The notes beneath the pieces were generated by a model. It saw only the letters and a program-made list of their open reading frames with translations, was not told the origin of the DNA and ran no database searches. A stretch of DNA of 32,829 nt from a virus (lineage: Duplodnaviria; Caudoviricetes). The DNA is taken from positions 1 to 32,829 of IMG/VR virus record IMGVR_UViG_3300005805_000272; one strand, written 5' to 3'. Shown in pieces: positions 9,817 to 19,347 of the stretch; position 1 is the stretch's first letter, and every line of letters starts with the position of its first letter. The position numbers were made by a program, and so were the translations under genes.

Positions 9817-11993
9817 TATGCAGATACCTCCAATGCCAAACCAAGCACACGCATTGGAAGGGGCTCGGTCTGGGTTATAATAACAGTTGCGTCCCTCTTG
9901 AAGCCAAGTAGGAAAAACTCACGCTTGCCAGTCACAGAGGTTGGCTGAATAGAAAAGTCGTCCGTGACTTGACGTACAATCAACTTATTCCCAGCCACAC
10001 TTACCGCAAGAGTAGAGTTTAAACCAAGGATCACACGAGCAATCCTCTTCGGCCTCCCGGTGTAGAAACCATCCGGCAATTGTAGGTTGATCGGTAAAGT
10101 CTCAATCTCTGGGGTATAGTTAAACCCAACAGTTATAGATGTCACCTCATCATTCAAGACAAGGTTGCCGCTACCATTAACCGCAAAATCTCCAAGGTAA
10201 TAATTATTTGAAACAACAGAAACCGTTCGATTGTAGTAGATCGAACCCACTGTCCAATTCTTTGTAGCAGAACCGCTCGTATAACTTATAGAGCAATCCA
10301 GGGTTAAGTCAGTATCTGACTCAGCCAAACGCTCCAGATAGTATGCAGAACCACGAAGAACAGATATATATATACGATCCCCAAGACCAACAATGCTATC
10401 AAAAGATGCTGTTCCAGAAGGGTGGCTCGTAGTCCAGAGAGCCCAGCCAGCAAGCTTCTCAGCCCGCGCAGAGTGGAATACCGCAATTGAACCATCGCTA
10501 TTCGTCACCAAAAGATACTGCTCGCCACGCTTCGATGTACCATAACTCACAGTCATATCATTGGGAGTAGAGATAAGATGATCAGCCAAAAGCGTTAGCG
10601 TCGGCGCATTATACGCCTGCTCGGTATCAGTATAAAGAAACTCACGAATAGCCTTCTGAGTACTCTGCAAAAATACAGTCGCACCATCAAAAGGCAGCGG
10701 AGTAACTTTGCTACTACCATACGGAGTCTGACGAGCTATTGTAATATTGGCTGGAGTAATCGTACTTTGAGACACGCGAGGAATATAGAACTCACTCGTT
10801 GCCGTAAAAATCTGCAAGTGACGATTAGAAACCAAATGCTTGATAGAGGAAATATCATCAGAGCCGACAGAAACCTGAATAGACTCGTTATCTAAACCCT
10901 CACCAAGATCAAAATTAAAATAATCCCCAATCTTTGAGGACCATAAACTATCAGGTTGAGAATAGCTCCCGCCAAACCAAAGCCTATTCTCATGAAAGGT
11001 TACGCAACCAGGCCATCCACGAACCGTAGAGAAAGAAGGTTCTACCCAATTTCGTGTTGGAATATTGTTTCCAGTAAAAGTGACGTTTGTGCCGCCGCCA
11101 TCCAAACTAGAGGAGGCTGGATTGCCAGCCACAATAGTATATGTATTATCATCAATAACAGTAATAGTCCGAGTGCCATTAATGTGGTGAGTACTCAATC
11201 CAGCAAAAGCATTTGCACCAGCTATTGTAAGCGTAGCACCTGTAGAGAGGCCATGATTAACGTGAGTAACTTCGACAGTCGTAGAACCTTCGGAGCTTTT
11301 GAATGGGTCAATATCGTAGTGACCAATTAAGGTTCCCTTAACAGTTCCAGTTACCGTTGTAGAATTGGTAAACGCCGTAATCTCAATCTCAACATCAAAC
11401 CAACGCAACCTCAAACCCACATAAGATGCCGTGAAGAACGCAGCGCTTGTGGTCAGCGTGACACTTCCAGTAGTTCCACTGGCGCTCAACGTTACAGTAT
11501 CATCGGAAAACTTATAGTAAGGCTGGTAGATCAGATTAGAGTTGATCGAGTTGTTAAAAGCAAAGGCAGCACGAGTAAATGTAGAAAGACCCGTCCTGCG
11601 TATAATCTGAGTCTGCATCTCAGGATGGCAGACGATCATAACGTCAGCAGCCTGAGTGAACGTCAAATCAAAAAGCTGCGCGCTAGTCCAAGGACAGCTA
11701 GTCAGCGTTTGCAGTAGCGTTCCAGATGGATTGTAAATATCCAGGCGCGTATTGGAGAACGCTAAAACATATCGCTCAGCTGCAGAAAACTCAAAGGGAA
11801 TAAGGCGGCTTCGACCATTGAGCGTAGCGAGATACCCAGTGCCAGGGCGACGACTAACACCACCCTGATTTAGCAAAGCTACATTGCGGAGCTTGCGAGC
11901 ACCACCCTGATACGCACCCGTATCATGGCGCATATCCATAAGAGGGTCAATCTCGCCATTCGAGAAGTTTGTCTGGACGAGCTTTACACCCAT
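9816..11993 (-). CDS. Tail tubular protein B / nozzle (T7 gp12-like)
   Basis: 725 aa beta-rich; QTNFSNGEIDP...GGVSRRPGT N-terminus; GWPGCVTFHENRLWFGG...LWSSKIGDYFNF; C-terminal PLPMRVLGL. Confidence 0.9.
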   Translation of the reverse strand: MGVKLVQTNFSNGEIDPLMDMRHDTGAYQGGARKLRNVALLNQGGVSRRPGTGYLATLNGRSRLIPFEFSAAERYVLAFSNTRLDIYNPSGTLLQTLTSCPWTSAQLFDLTFTQAADVMIVCHPEMQTQIIRRTGLSTFTRAAFAFNNSINSNLIYQPYYKFSDDTVTLSASGTTGSVTLTTSAAFFTASYVGLRLRWFDVEIEITAFTNSTTVTGTVKGTLIGHYDIDPFKSSEGSTTVEVTHVNHGLSTGATLTIAGANAFAGLSTHHINGTRTITVIDDNTYTIVAGNPASSSLDGGGTNVTFTGNNIPTRNWVEPSFSTVRGWPGCVTFHENRLWFGGSYSQPDSLWSSKIGDYFNFDLGEGLDNESIQVSVGSDDISSIKHLVSNRHLQIFTATSEFYIPRVSQSTITPANITIARQTPYGSSKVTPLPFDGATVFLQSTQKAIREFLYTDTEQAYNAPTLTLLADHLISTPNDMTVSYGTSKRGEQYLLVTNSDGSIAVFHSARAEKLAGWALWTTSHPSGTASFDSIVGLGDRIYISVLRGSAYYLERLAESDTDLTLDCSISYTSGSATKNWTVGSIYYNRTVSVVSNNYYLGDFAVNGSGNLVLNDEVTSITVGFNYTPEIETLPINLQLPDGFYTGRPKRIARVILGLNSTLAVSVAGNKLIVRQVTDDFSIQPTSVTGKREFFLLGFKRDATVIITQTEPLPMRVLGLALEVSA

Positions 11994-11995
11994 GA

Positions 11996-12580
11996 TTAAC
12001 CCCTAATCGTGGTGCGAAGCTGATGGAACCTCTGCACATTTAACCTACGAGTTGTCTGACTCTGGCTATCAATATTCCGAGCAATGGAAGTGTAGCGGAT
12101 CGCCCGCTTCTCCATCAAATCAGAGAGCTGCTCTTGAGCCGCAACAGAATAGGCAAAGATCGAAGCAAGCTGGAACTCTACAGCCGTCACAAAGGTTGGA
12201 GGCCAAAGAGATTCATCAGCTCGAAAAGTATAATCTGCAATTACCGCATCATCCGGTCCAGCATTGCAATAGGCCATGTCCTGATAGCGGTCATAAGCAA
12301 TGACGTTATCAGCCACAGTAACCGCATGAAGGATCAATAGATCGGAAGGGAGCTGGTAAGCTGCATCCCACCGGCCATCCGGAGTAGCAGTAAGCCGAGA
12401 AAGCTGAGACTGGCCGCTAGCAAAACGCCAGCGATGGCGAGATAGCATATCTCGCACAGTATCCTCATAGAGATTAGAGGCAACTGTAGCTTCCGTAGTA
12501 CCATCCGTAAAAGAGGTAAGCGGTGCCGCACCAATTAAAACCAGCGCCCTAGCGCAAATATCAATTGATGTAATCGCCAC
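11996..12580 (-). CDS. Tail tubular protein A / adaptor (T7 gp11-like)
   Basis: 194 aa; IDICARALVLIGA, HRWRFA and YQLPSD motifs; synteny. Confidence 0.88.
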   Translation of the reverse strand: MAITSIDICARALVLIGAAPLTSFTDGTTEATVASNLYEDTVRDMLSRHRWRFASGQSQLSRLTATPDGRWDAAYQLPSDLLILHAVTVADNVIAYDRYQDMAYCNAGPDDAVIADYTFRADESLWPPTFVTAVEFQLASIFAYSVAAQEQLSDLMEKRAIRYTSIARNIDSQSQTTRRLNVQRFHQLRTTIRG

Positions 12581-12600
12581 AACTATTCCCTTTCAATGAA

Positions 12601-12668
12601 GGGGGTAGAAGGCCAATCCCTCTACCCCCAAAACTAGGCCCCTAAGCGGGGAGAACACCGGGGCCTAG
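12601..12668 (-). terminator. Tandem hairpins after the capsid genes (probable intrinsic terminator)
   Basis: ctaggcccc 12634-12642 / ggggcctag 12660-12668 is followed on the minus strand by TTTT; second stem gggggtaga 12601-12609 / tctaccccc 12621-12629. Confidence 0.65.
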
Positions 12669-12672
12669 CTTA

Positions 12673-12918
12673 TCAGGTCCCGTTAATCGTCGTAACAGTC
12701 GCGGCACCAGTGGCGCTGCTGACAACCAGAACGTCAACGGTAGCAGTGCTACCCGTAGAACCAACCACAATAATGATGTCGAACTGACGGAGTTCCGCAG
12801 TGGCACCATTAAAGTAGCCGGAGGCGATAATCGTAGCAAGGGCGTCGGCGGAAGCGTAGTAGAAAATCTGCTTCGCGCCACCGGCAACCTTTGCGAGATC
12901 AGCAAGAACAAGAGCCAT
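12673..12918 (-). CDS. Small virion protein, putative capsid decoration
   Basis: 81 aa, beta-rich, immediately downstream of the major capsid gene; GGAG RBS. Function inferred from position. Confidence 0.6.
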   Translation of the reverse strand: MALVLADLAKVAGGAKQIFYYASADALATIIASGYFNGATAELRQFDIIIVVGSTGSTATVDVLVVSSATGAATVTTINGT

Positions 12919-12924
12919 GGATCA

Positions 12925-13746
12925 TTACTCCTTGATCTGGACTTCGTAGGTGCCGTTGGCATCGATCAGAACCGAGCCTTGGGACATCATCGAAGTAACA
13001 AGGTGAGCGGCTTTCTCAGGAATGTAGTTCACTTCCGTGGACACATCCTGACCAGAGGCCAAACCAACCGCGCTGCGATGGAAGGCAAAGCACTTGCGGA
13101 TCGTCGAAGCAACCGGAAGGCCGGAGTGCGTCATCCACATGAAGCCAAGCCAACGCTTCGCAACCATGCCACCCTTGTAGGGAAGGTCGTCAGAGCCAAT
13201 GAAGTCAGCGTCCGAGAACGCCGAGATCGCCAGCAAATCCACCCAACCAGCCGGGGACACCACGAAGTAACGCTCACCATCATCGGGAACGTCATTCGCG
13301 CCAAAGGACTCGAACACGGTATTGATCTTGGTCTGAGTCAGACCGTCCGTACCGGCTTCGGTAATCACATTGGTGGAGGCATCGAGCTGCGTGATGATGA
13401 TATCATCAGACTTACGGCCAAGCGCATAGGCCGAGTTCTGAGCAACCACCTGACGCTCATCAATGTTGATCTTCAGCTCGTCGAGCTTATCAACATAATC
13501 CGAGGCGTAGTAGTCAGCCAGAAGGCACTCTACGTTGGAGTGGTCAATGTTCATCACCGGCAGATTGCCGTGACGGGACTTGGTTGCAGCGGCACCCTTG
13601 CCAACCTTCTGGAAGGTGGTAGACTTACCCTGAACCGCACCCTTGAAGCGAACAGTATTACGCAGCTTCGAGCCCATGCGCTGATACGCCATGTGAACTT
13701 CGGACTCGAACTGACGGATAAATGCCTGATCAATGGTCAATGCCAT
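12925..13746 (-). CDS. Major capsid protein
   Basis: 273 aa; IDQAFIRQFESEVHMAYQRMGSKLRNTV, AYALGRKSDDIII, VPDDGERYFVVSP and WLGFMW fit the T7/BPP-1-type HK97-fold capsid; AGGAG RBS. Confidence 0.93.
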   Translation of the reverse strand: MALTIDQAFIRQFESEVHMAYQRMGSKLRNTVRFKGAVQGKSTTFQKVGKGAAATKSRHGNLPVMNIDHSNVECLLADYYASDYVDKLDELKINIDERQVVAQNSAYALGRKSDDIIITQLDASTNVITEAGTDGLTQTKINTVFESFGANDVPDDGERYFVVSPAGWVDLLAISAFSDADFIGSDDLPYKGGMVAKRWLGFMWMTHSGLPVASTIRKCFAFHRSAVGLASGQDVSTEVNYIPEKAAHLVTSMMSQGSVLIDANGTYEVQIKE

Positions 13747-13785
13747 GACGAGCTCTCCTACAATTCGGTTGAACCTACAAGGTTA

Positions 13786-13857
13786 TCCGAAGCAGGCTGG
13801 ATAATGAGTTGTCCCAAGTAAGGGGCTCGCCAGCCCTAACCGGGCCTCTGCTTCGGA
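13786..13857 (-). promoter_or_regulatory. Structured 5' leader of the major capsid gene
   Basis: Perfect 10-bp inverted repeat tccgaagcag 13786-13795 / ctgcttcgga 13848-13857 enclosing inner stems. Confidence 0.55.
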
Positions 13858-13893
13858 AAATGCTTATGAATTAAGGCTACCTCAATGGACCAA

Positions 13894-14352
13894 TCAATCC
13901 TCGATGTTCTTGAGGTAAATAGTACCCTCAGGAACAAAGCCCATCTTGGTATAAAGCCTGCCTGCAATCTCTGGCTTAATGGCAGTAGTTACGCCGAACC
14001 TTACCTCTTTACACCCCATCAGCTTAGCCCATAGGCAAAAAGCAGATAGCAACCGGAATGCGGCAGAAGTACCACGACATTCAGGTTTGACATAAAAGGT
14101 AAAGTCTGCCGCAAACTTTAGATCACAGAAGAAGTAGTTGGACATGGCACCAGTAACCATCCCAACTACCTCACCATCTTTCTCCGCCACAAACCCGGCA
14201 TAGTCAGGATTGGTAAAGCAAAGATCAGCTAGCTTGTAAATTGCCCCCTCATTGTAAGGGAAATCCCGATACCGGGGGCTCTCCTGATGAAGAGCGCGCC
14301 CGAGCTCAACGCAAGCCTCTACATCGTAGGGCTCGGCAGGACGAACAATCAC
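13894..14352 (-). CDS. GNAT-family acetyltransferase
   Basis: MIVRPAE..D, FVAEKDGEVVG, FYVKPECRGTS (acetyl-CoA motif A) and RLYTKMGF motifs. Confidence 0.85.
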   Translation of the reverse strand: MIVRPAEPYDVEACVELGRALHQESPRYRDFPYNEGAIYKLADLCFTNPDYAGFVAEKDGEVVGMVTGAMSNYFFCDLKFAADFTFYVKPECRGTSAAFRLLSAFCLWAKLMGCKEVRFGVTTAIKPEIAGRLYTKMGFVPEGTIYLKNIED

Positions 14353-15107
14353 TTATACTTCTTCTGAAAGAAAGACTCTACCATCTTCACGAAGTTAGGA
14401 TCACGGTCACTGGGCGACCAGTAACGGCGATCCTGCATCATTTTATAGATGTCAGACTCCTGGGGAACGCCCGGCCCATCATCAACCACAGGCGCACTAT
14501 CCCCACGAACCATAGACATAATACGCTCCATAACTTTTACGCCAGCCGCAGTTGTGCAAAGGCGCTCAATTTGGCCGATTTCATCCTGCCCAAAGTTCTG
14601 CCCAACCCAAAGGCCAACCGCCTCAGTACGAGCGCGAGCGTTATCACCAAGAGCCTTAATCTCTTCATCGGGATTGGGACGCCCGAAAGACTGGGACTCA
14701 ATGTAAGTCTGAATACCAGACTTAAACGTATCCTGATCAAAGCCATTCTCAAAAGCAAACTTGGCCCACCACTGGGTTAGAGGATGCTGGGCAACCTCCT
14801 CAAAATTTACCCCCTCGAGCTCTGGCATCTCATACTTTTCAGGAGCCTCAGGCCGATTGGATACCGCCTCATTGGCAAGCTCCTCAATCAGCTTGTTACG
14901 AAGGTCATCCTCCTTAGAACGGAACTTAGTCTCAAGCTCCGTATAGCTCTTTGCCATCAAGTCATAGGCAGGTTTGCCCTCAACAAAGAACTTCTCTGGC
15001 AACCAATCAGGACGGGCAGGAGCCTCACCCTGGACCTGATCACCCTGGACCTGATCGCTCTGAGCCTGATCACCAGAACCCTGAGCCTGAATTAAACTAT
15101 CACCCAT
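14349..15107 (-). CDS. Capsid scaffolding protein
   Basis: Acidic; RPDWLPEKF...AKSYTELETK and C-terminal MMQDRRYW..RDPNFV; start moved to ATG 15107 (GAGG RBS); N-terminal GDQVQ tandem repeat. Confidence 0.85.
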   Translation of the reverse strand: MGDSLIQAQGSGDQAQSDQVQGDQVQGEAPARPDWLPEKFFVEGKPAYDLMAKSYTELETKFRSKEDDLRNKLIEELANEAVSNRPEAPEKYEMPELEGVNFEEVAQHPLTQWWAKFAFENGFDQDTFKSGIQTYIESQSFGRPNPDEEIKALGDNARARTEAVGLWVGQNFGQDEIGQIERLCTTAAGVKVMERIMSMVRGDSAPVVDDGPGVPQESDIYKMMQDRRYWSPSDRDPNFVKMVESFFQKKYK

Positions 15108-15375
15108 TTCGACCTCTCCCAATACGCTGCTCAATAATGCCAACGAGATACCTCATGCCCTCTCGGTGCATAAGCTCGTCCGGATTAACACCAGGACCAC
15201 CAACGGCCTCGATGCTAATTGACCTCAGATACCTCAACACCTCTCGCCCATCCTCTCTCGAGAACACAGAAGCGAATAAAGAATTGAGTTCTATCTCCCT
15301 CTCAGGAGACCTGACTATACCATCAGGCCCCAAGACCCCCTGGACCCGCTTGCGGTCCACCTTGCTGCTGTCCAC
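15100..15375 (-). CDS. Bbp19-like small protein
   Basis: FASVFSREDGREVLRYL...LMHREGMRYLVGII; typical position between portal and scaffold. Confidence 0.7.
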   Translation of the reverse strand: MDSSKVDRKRVQGVLGPDGIVRSPEREIELNSLFASVFSREDGREVLRYLRSISIEAVGGPGVNPDELMHREGMRYLVGIIEQRIGRGRNG

Positions 15376-16906
15376 CCATCATCCCCGCTGCTTGAGTAAT
15401 CTGCCCAACCAGAGCAGCGCGCTCCTTATCCGAGCGCAGCAAACGCTCCGGCACACCAAACTTATCAGCTAAGTACTTAGCCGCTTCTTCACTCTTTACC
15501 AAGAGGTTCACAAGCTGCGGCCCAAACCTACCCCCAACCAACTCTACAAAGCGGTCAAAGGAAACAATGTCCTGCTGCGCCTGCGCCTGGGCCAAAGGAC
15601 TCGTAGAGCGAACCTTCACCTCACGGCCATTCACCGTAGGAATACGAATGCGACCCTGACGCTTCAAGATATGCACAACCCGGCGCAATACAGGGTTTAC
15701 CATCTCAGCCTGCAAGCGGCCAAAGGCGGAACCAATCTGCCGAGACAAGTCAGCCATACGCTGAGAAACCTCAGTCGCACTCATCGGCGTCTTATCAGGA
15801 TTGCCCAACATATCATTGTAGAGCGCCTTGCGAATGTTCATCCGCATTTCACTCAACACCAACTGCGCCACATCAAAGTTACCTGCAGCACCAATAGACC
15901 TCAAACCATTGGAGCCAGGAGCCACAGGAATAACCGTGCCAGGCAAAAGCTGGATCGTGTCAGGGTTCACAACCCCATCATCCTCCAGAGTGTAAACTCC
16001 AGAGATAGCCATCTGAGCATTTTCCAGAATTAACTGGACCGTCAGATTGCAAGTTTTCACCGCAGGCATGGCATTCATAAGAGGGCCACGGCCATAGACC
16101 TCACCGGCAGCCTTAGCCCAACGGAACGCCACAAAAGGGCAAGAGCCAGCACCCTTATAACTCTCACGGAAAAAGATGTGCTTGCTCGCAGGATCAAACA
16201 CAATCCGGCGATGCTCCTCCTCAGGAGAGCCATAAACCCGGTAAGTGCAATCTACGAGCTTCACAAACTCGTCTTTACCAGAAGCCAAAGCCCGAGCAAT
16301 CTCAGCAGAGAGCTGAGCCTTGGGATAGGCAACCTTGATATTTGAAGCCCTCAACTGGCGCTGCCGGAAGATATGATCAATCTTATCGTCAGGCCCAACA
16401 TCAAGCGTCAATTGAGTTAGCGGCACCGCAGTGAACATCACTGGGTTCAACGCATCACCCTCATTGATCTGCAAGCAAGCCGTGCCAAGAGCCAAGTCCA
16501 AGAAGGACTCGTGTATCTCCTGGGCAAAGTTACTGTTCTGCAAAATCTCAAAGACGTAGTTAGTTACTTCCTCGAGCGCAGCATCCACCTCCTGACGTTC
16601 ATCAGGTGGTATTTCAGATCCAGATACCAATTGAGCCCAGCGAGCATAATTCGGAACAAGACCAGCTTGCAGACGAGAGGCAAACTCCTGCACTCCCACA
16701 ACCGCCGTTTCATCGAATATTTTATCCGTGCGACTTTGCCCTTGAGCCTGATCATAAAAGCTCTCCTTCTGAGGCAAGGCATACTCATAGCACTCTTCAA
16801 ACTTGGAGAGCCACATATCCTTGATACGCTTGGAACGCTCAAAACGGGCGGCAATATTATCCGCCTCGTTACCCGCAGCAACCGGCAGCGCATCTTGCAA
16901 AATCAT
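15323..16906 (-). CDS. Portal protein (head-to-tail connector)
   Basis: 527 aa; IFDETAV...FASRLQAGL, DLALGTA, RW....GEVYGRGP and MSATEV motifs of T7-like portals. Confidence 0.93.
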   Translation of the reverse strand: MILQDALPVAAGNEADNIAARFERSKRIKDMWLSKFEECYEYALPQKESFYDQAQGQSRTDKIFDETAVVGVQEFASRLQAGLVPNYARWAQLVSGSEIPPDERQEVDAALEEVTNYVFEILQNSNFAQEIHESFLDLALGTACLQINEGDALNPVMFTAVPLTQLTLDVGPDDKIDHIFRQRQLRASNIKVAYPKAQLSAEIARALASGKDEFVKLVDCTYRVYGSPEEEHRRIVFDPASKHIFFRESYKGAGSCPFVAFRWAKAAGEVYGRGPLMNAMPAVKTCNLTVQLILENAQMAISGVYTLEDDGVVNPDTIQLLPGTVIPVAPGSNGLRSIGAAGNFDVAQLVLSEMRMNIRKALYNDMLGNPDKTPMSATEVSQRMADLSRQIGSAFGRLQAEMVNPVLRRVVHILKRQGRIRIPTVNGREVKVRSTSPLAQAQAQQDIVSFDRFVELVGGRFGPQLVNLLVKSEEAAKYLADKFGVPERLLRSDKERAALVGQITQAAGMMGGQQQGGPQAGPGGLGA

Positions 16907-16909
16907 AAC

Positions 16910-17143
16910 TTACCCCAAAAGCTGGCGGCCAAAGCCAGCACCACCGCGCTGACCAGAAATCAAAGAACGCATTCCAGTCATACCAGAGCTGGTGGAGACA
17001 GCTTCCTGCAAACGACGACGCTTATCTTCAGCGCGCTCTGCCTGCTGCTGATTTTTCTGAGCCTCTAGCTGCTCAGCACGAGCAGCCTTCTCAGCCTCAG
17101 CCGCAGGATCAGGCGGGGGAGGGGAATAGCTAGGACCACACAT
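16910..17143 (-). CDS. Small virion assembly protein (T7 gp7.3-like position)
   Basis: 77 aa; MC start, Pro-rich segment, helical middle, GMRSLI..LLG end; precedes the portal gene; GGAGG RBS. Confidence 0.65.
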   Translation of the reverse strand: MCGPSYSPPPPDPAAEAEKAARAEQLEAQKNQQQAERAEDKRRRLQEAVSTSSGMTGMRSLISGQRGGAGFGRQLLG

Positions 17144-17190
17144 AAGAGCCTCCTAAGAATATGAGCACAAACTAGGCGACAAAAATCTCA

Positions 17191-18720
17191 TTACAATGGA
17201 CCGAAGCGCACCCTGCTCGCCCGCCCCGTCAAAGGCTTACGAGTAAATACATCAAAGTCCTTACGAGCTTGAACTGGCTTGGCATTCTGGGCCTGCCCCA
17301 TCAGGCTACGCCCCTCGCCCCCACCAATCATGGCATATTGCAATGCATCATGGACATGCGAGAATTTGTTCTTGTCAGGCCGCTCCTCATAGCGATCAGC
17401 ACCAGAGACTTGCATCCTCCGATACTGATACCCACCACGGAACCCCTTCAACAAATTCACACACCTAGGGTCCACCAAGAACCCCGACTGCCCATCAACC
17501 AAGCGCGTCAAAGCCGTAGTGACAGCCTCCAACCTCAGCGCCACATCATTATTCCCAGCCGGATACGCCTTGATTCCAGCAGATCGAAGAATCTGAAACG
17601 GCGTCCTCTCGTCAGTCTGAGCACGGTAATCCCCAGCAGGGTCACCATAAACCTGCAAAGCCGAACCCGGAAAACGCTGCGCCGCCTCTATCCGGAATAA
17701 CTCAGCAAAGCGCACAATCCCCATATCCTGAGCCACAAGCTCATGAAGAATAACCCACTTGCCCCGAACATGCTGACAAAACACCGCAGCAGGCGTCAAC
17801 CCAAAGTCCATCCCCACCACAATCGGAACCCCAGGAACAGGCAAGATAGGCTCCTTCGTCACATGCAACTCATCAGAGAACATGGGATAAATCTCCTTTC
17901 CGTCAGTCAAACTCCCAAACTTATTTAGAACATAAACGTCAATCCAAGTCTTTGCCTTACCCCTAATAATATCAGCATAATAGTTTGGAGTAATGTTCTT
18001 CCTATTCTCAGCCTTGGGATTGAACTTATACCCAGTGAGATTCCCGTTCTTATCCTTCTCCTCCAGCATCCCGCCCGGCTGGGTAAAGAAGCTCCAAGTC
18101 TCCGGCTTCACCAACATCAACGCCTCTTCCCTCGTGATGTGGTCCGGCAGCGGTGCCTCCCCTGACATGATCGGCCACCAGTGATCCTCGTCCGGCGCAT
18201 TGGTATCCGCTATGACGCCGTACCATGTAGGACCTCCGTCCTTCATAGAAGGGAAGCGACCCACGCGCATCGTACAAGCGTCCACAATTGCCTTGGGAAC
18301 CTCGCGGGCCTCGTTTATCCATACCCCGGTCAACTCCAAAGACAGCAACTTCTTGATATCCTCCGGCCTATCCAACGCCAGGAAGATTACCTCAATGTCC
18401 AAATTAGCCCGCTTCAAGCGATGCGTGTAAGGAGGCGGATGCCACAACATCTTGCCCCACACATCCTCAGGAAACCAATCCAACCAAGTCTTGATCGTCG
18501 TAGTCCTCAACTGCGGATACGAGTTTCGCACCACAGCCCAACGACTACGCCTAATTCCCTGAGCATCAGGCTCCTGCTGCAAAGCACGGCGGAATATCTC
18601 AACCGCACAACCCACAGACTTACCAGAACCCACCGGACCACGAAGGCCACGGAAGAAGGAATTGTCCTTCATAAAGTCCTTCAAGGTTTCCCCATCAGGC
18701 TTATAAACAAACTCTACCAC
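17191..18720 (-). CDS. terL: Terminase large subunit
   Basis: Walker A GPVGSGKS, Walker B WINEARE, DTN motif, nuclease GMDFG...GDPAG...SHVHDALQY. Confidence 0.95.
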   Translation of the reverse strand: MVEFVYKPDGETLKDFMKDNSFFRGLRGPVGSGKSVGCAVEIFRRALQQEPDAQGIRRSRWAVVRNSYPQLRTTTIKTWLDWFPEDVWGKMLWHPPPYTHRLKRANLDIEVIFLALDRPEDIKKLLSLELTGVWINEAREVPKAIVDACTMRVGRFPSMKDGGPTWYGVIADTNAPDEDHWWPIMSGEAPLPDHITREEALMLVKPETWSFFTQPGGMLEEKDKNGNLTGYKFNPKAENRKNITPNYYADIIRGKAKTWIDVYVLNKFGSLTDGKEIYPMFSDELHVTKEPILPVPGVPIVVGMDFGLTPAAVFCQHVRGKWVILHELVAQDMGIVRFAELFRIEAAQRFPGSALQVYGDPAGDYRAQTDERTPFQILRSAGIKAYPAGNNDVALRLEAVTTALTRLVDGQSGFLVDPRCVNLLKGFRGGYQYRRMQVSGADRYEERPDKNKFSHVHDALQYAMIGGGEGRSLMGQAQNAKPVQARKDFDVFTRKPLTGRASRVRFGPL

Positions 18721-18926
18721 TACCCGGCCAAACCCGCATCAACAGCGCGCTTTACCATACGCCCAGCAACCTCAGGACCCCAGGCATCAATCAACTTATC
18801 CACCTCAATGTCCGTCAATTTGTCCGCTGGATAATGAGCAAGATGAACCTTCCTCACCACCTGACGCAATAATCTCCGGTCCCCCAAAGAAAGAACCGAA
18901 GCAAAACTCCCATCGCCAGACATCAC
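18720..18926 (-). CDS. Hypothetical protein
   Basis: 68 aa; start and stop overlap both neighbours, consistent with translational coupling. Confidence 0.65.
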   Translation of the reverse strand: MMSGDGSFASVLSLGDRRLLRQVVRKVHLAHYPADKLTDIEVDKLIDAWGPEVAGRMVKRAVDAGLAG

Positions 18927-19165
18927 TTCACCTTTCGATAAGGCGCAACCTTCTTTGCAACTGACTTTGGTTGCGGCACAAACTGCTTGCCCTTGGCCTT
19001 GCCCTCTCGCTTAGCCTTAGTCGTAGCAGCATACTCCCCGGGAGAAAGAGCCTTAATCGCCTTCTCCGGCAAGTACCTCTCACCAGTCTTAGACGAAGGC
19101 TCACCAGACTTGGTGCGCCACTTCTGCTCACCCCAAGACTTCAAAGACTTCTGCGGTGCCTTCAC
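18923..19165 (-). CDS. Small basic protein (DUF5872-like, C-terminal part)
   Basis: QKSLKSWGEQKWRTK...ERYLPEKAIKALS..EYAAT...GKQFV, recognised from memory. Confidence 0.65.
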   Translation of the reverse strand: MKAPQKSLKSWGEQKWRTKSGEPSSKTGERYLPEKAIKALSPGEYAATTKAKREGKAKGKQFVPQPKSVAKKVAPYRKVK

Positions 19166-19347
19166 TTATACCCCCCACCCTTGGCCTTGTACTCCTTGGC
19201 CAAGAGCTGCGCCTTGCGAGCACTCCACTCACCAGCAGCAGTCCCCTGCACAGAAGAAGCCTTGATCTTGTCAAACAACTTCTTCCGCATCTCAGGCTGA
19301 GTGTAATTCCCAGCCTGATTCACACGAGACTTTACCGGCTTCTTCAC
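19162..19347 (-). CDS. Small basic protein (DUF5872-like, N-terminal part)
   Basis: NYTQPEMRK...GEWSARKAQLLAKEYKAKGGGY, recognised from memory. Confidence 0.65.
   Translation of the reverse strand: MKKPVKSRVNQAGNYTQPEMRKKLFDKIKASSVQGTAAGEWSARKAQLLAKEYKAKGGGYK

Noticed and set aside
12642-12962. 106-aa ORF overlapping the capsid end as a T7 10B-like frameshift extension
   Set aside because: No slippery heptamer seen near the capsid stop; the 81-aa ORF has its own RBS and a more protein-like sequence.
12979-13821. 280-aa + strand ORF
   Set aside because: Antisense to the major capsid gene; explained by codon bias.
15028-15090. Tandem 15-bp repeat ccctggacctgatca
   Set aside because: Encodes GDQVQ in the disordered scaffold N-terminus; no spacers, so not CRISPR-like.
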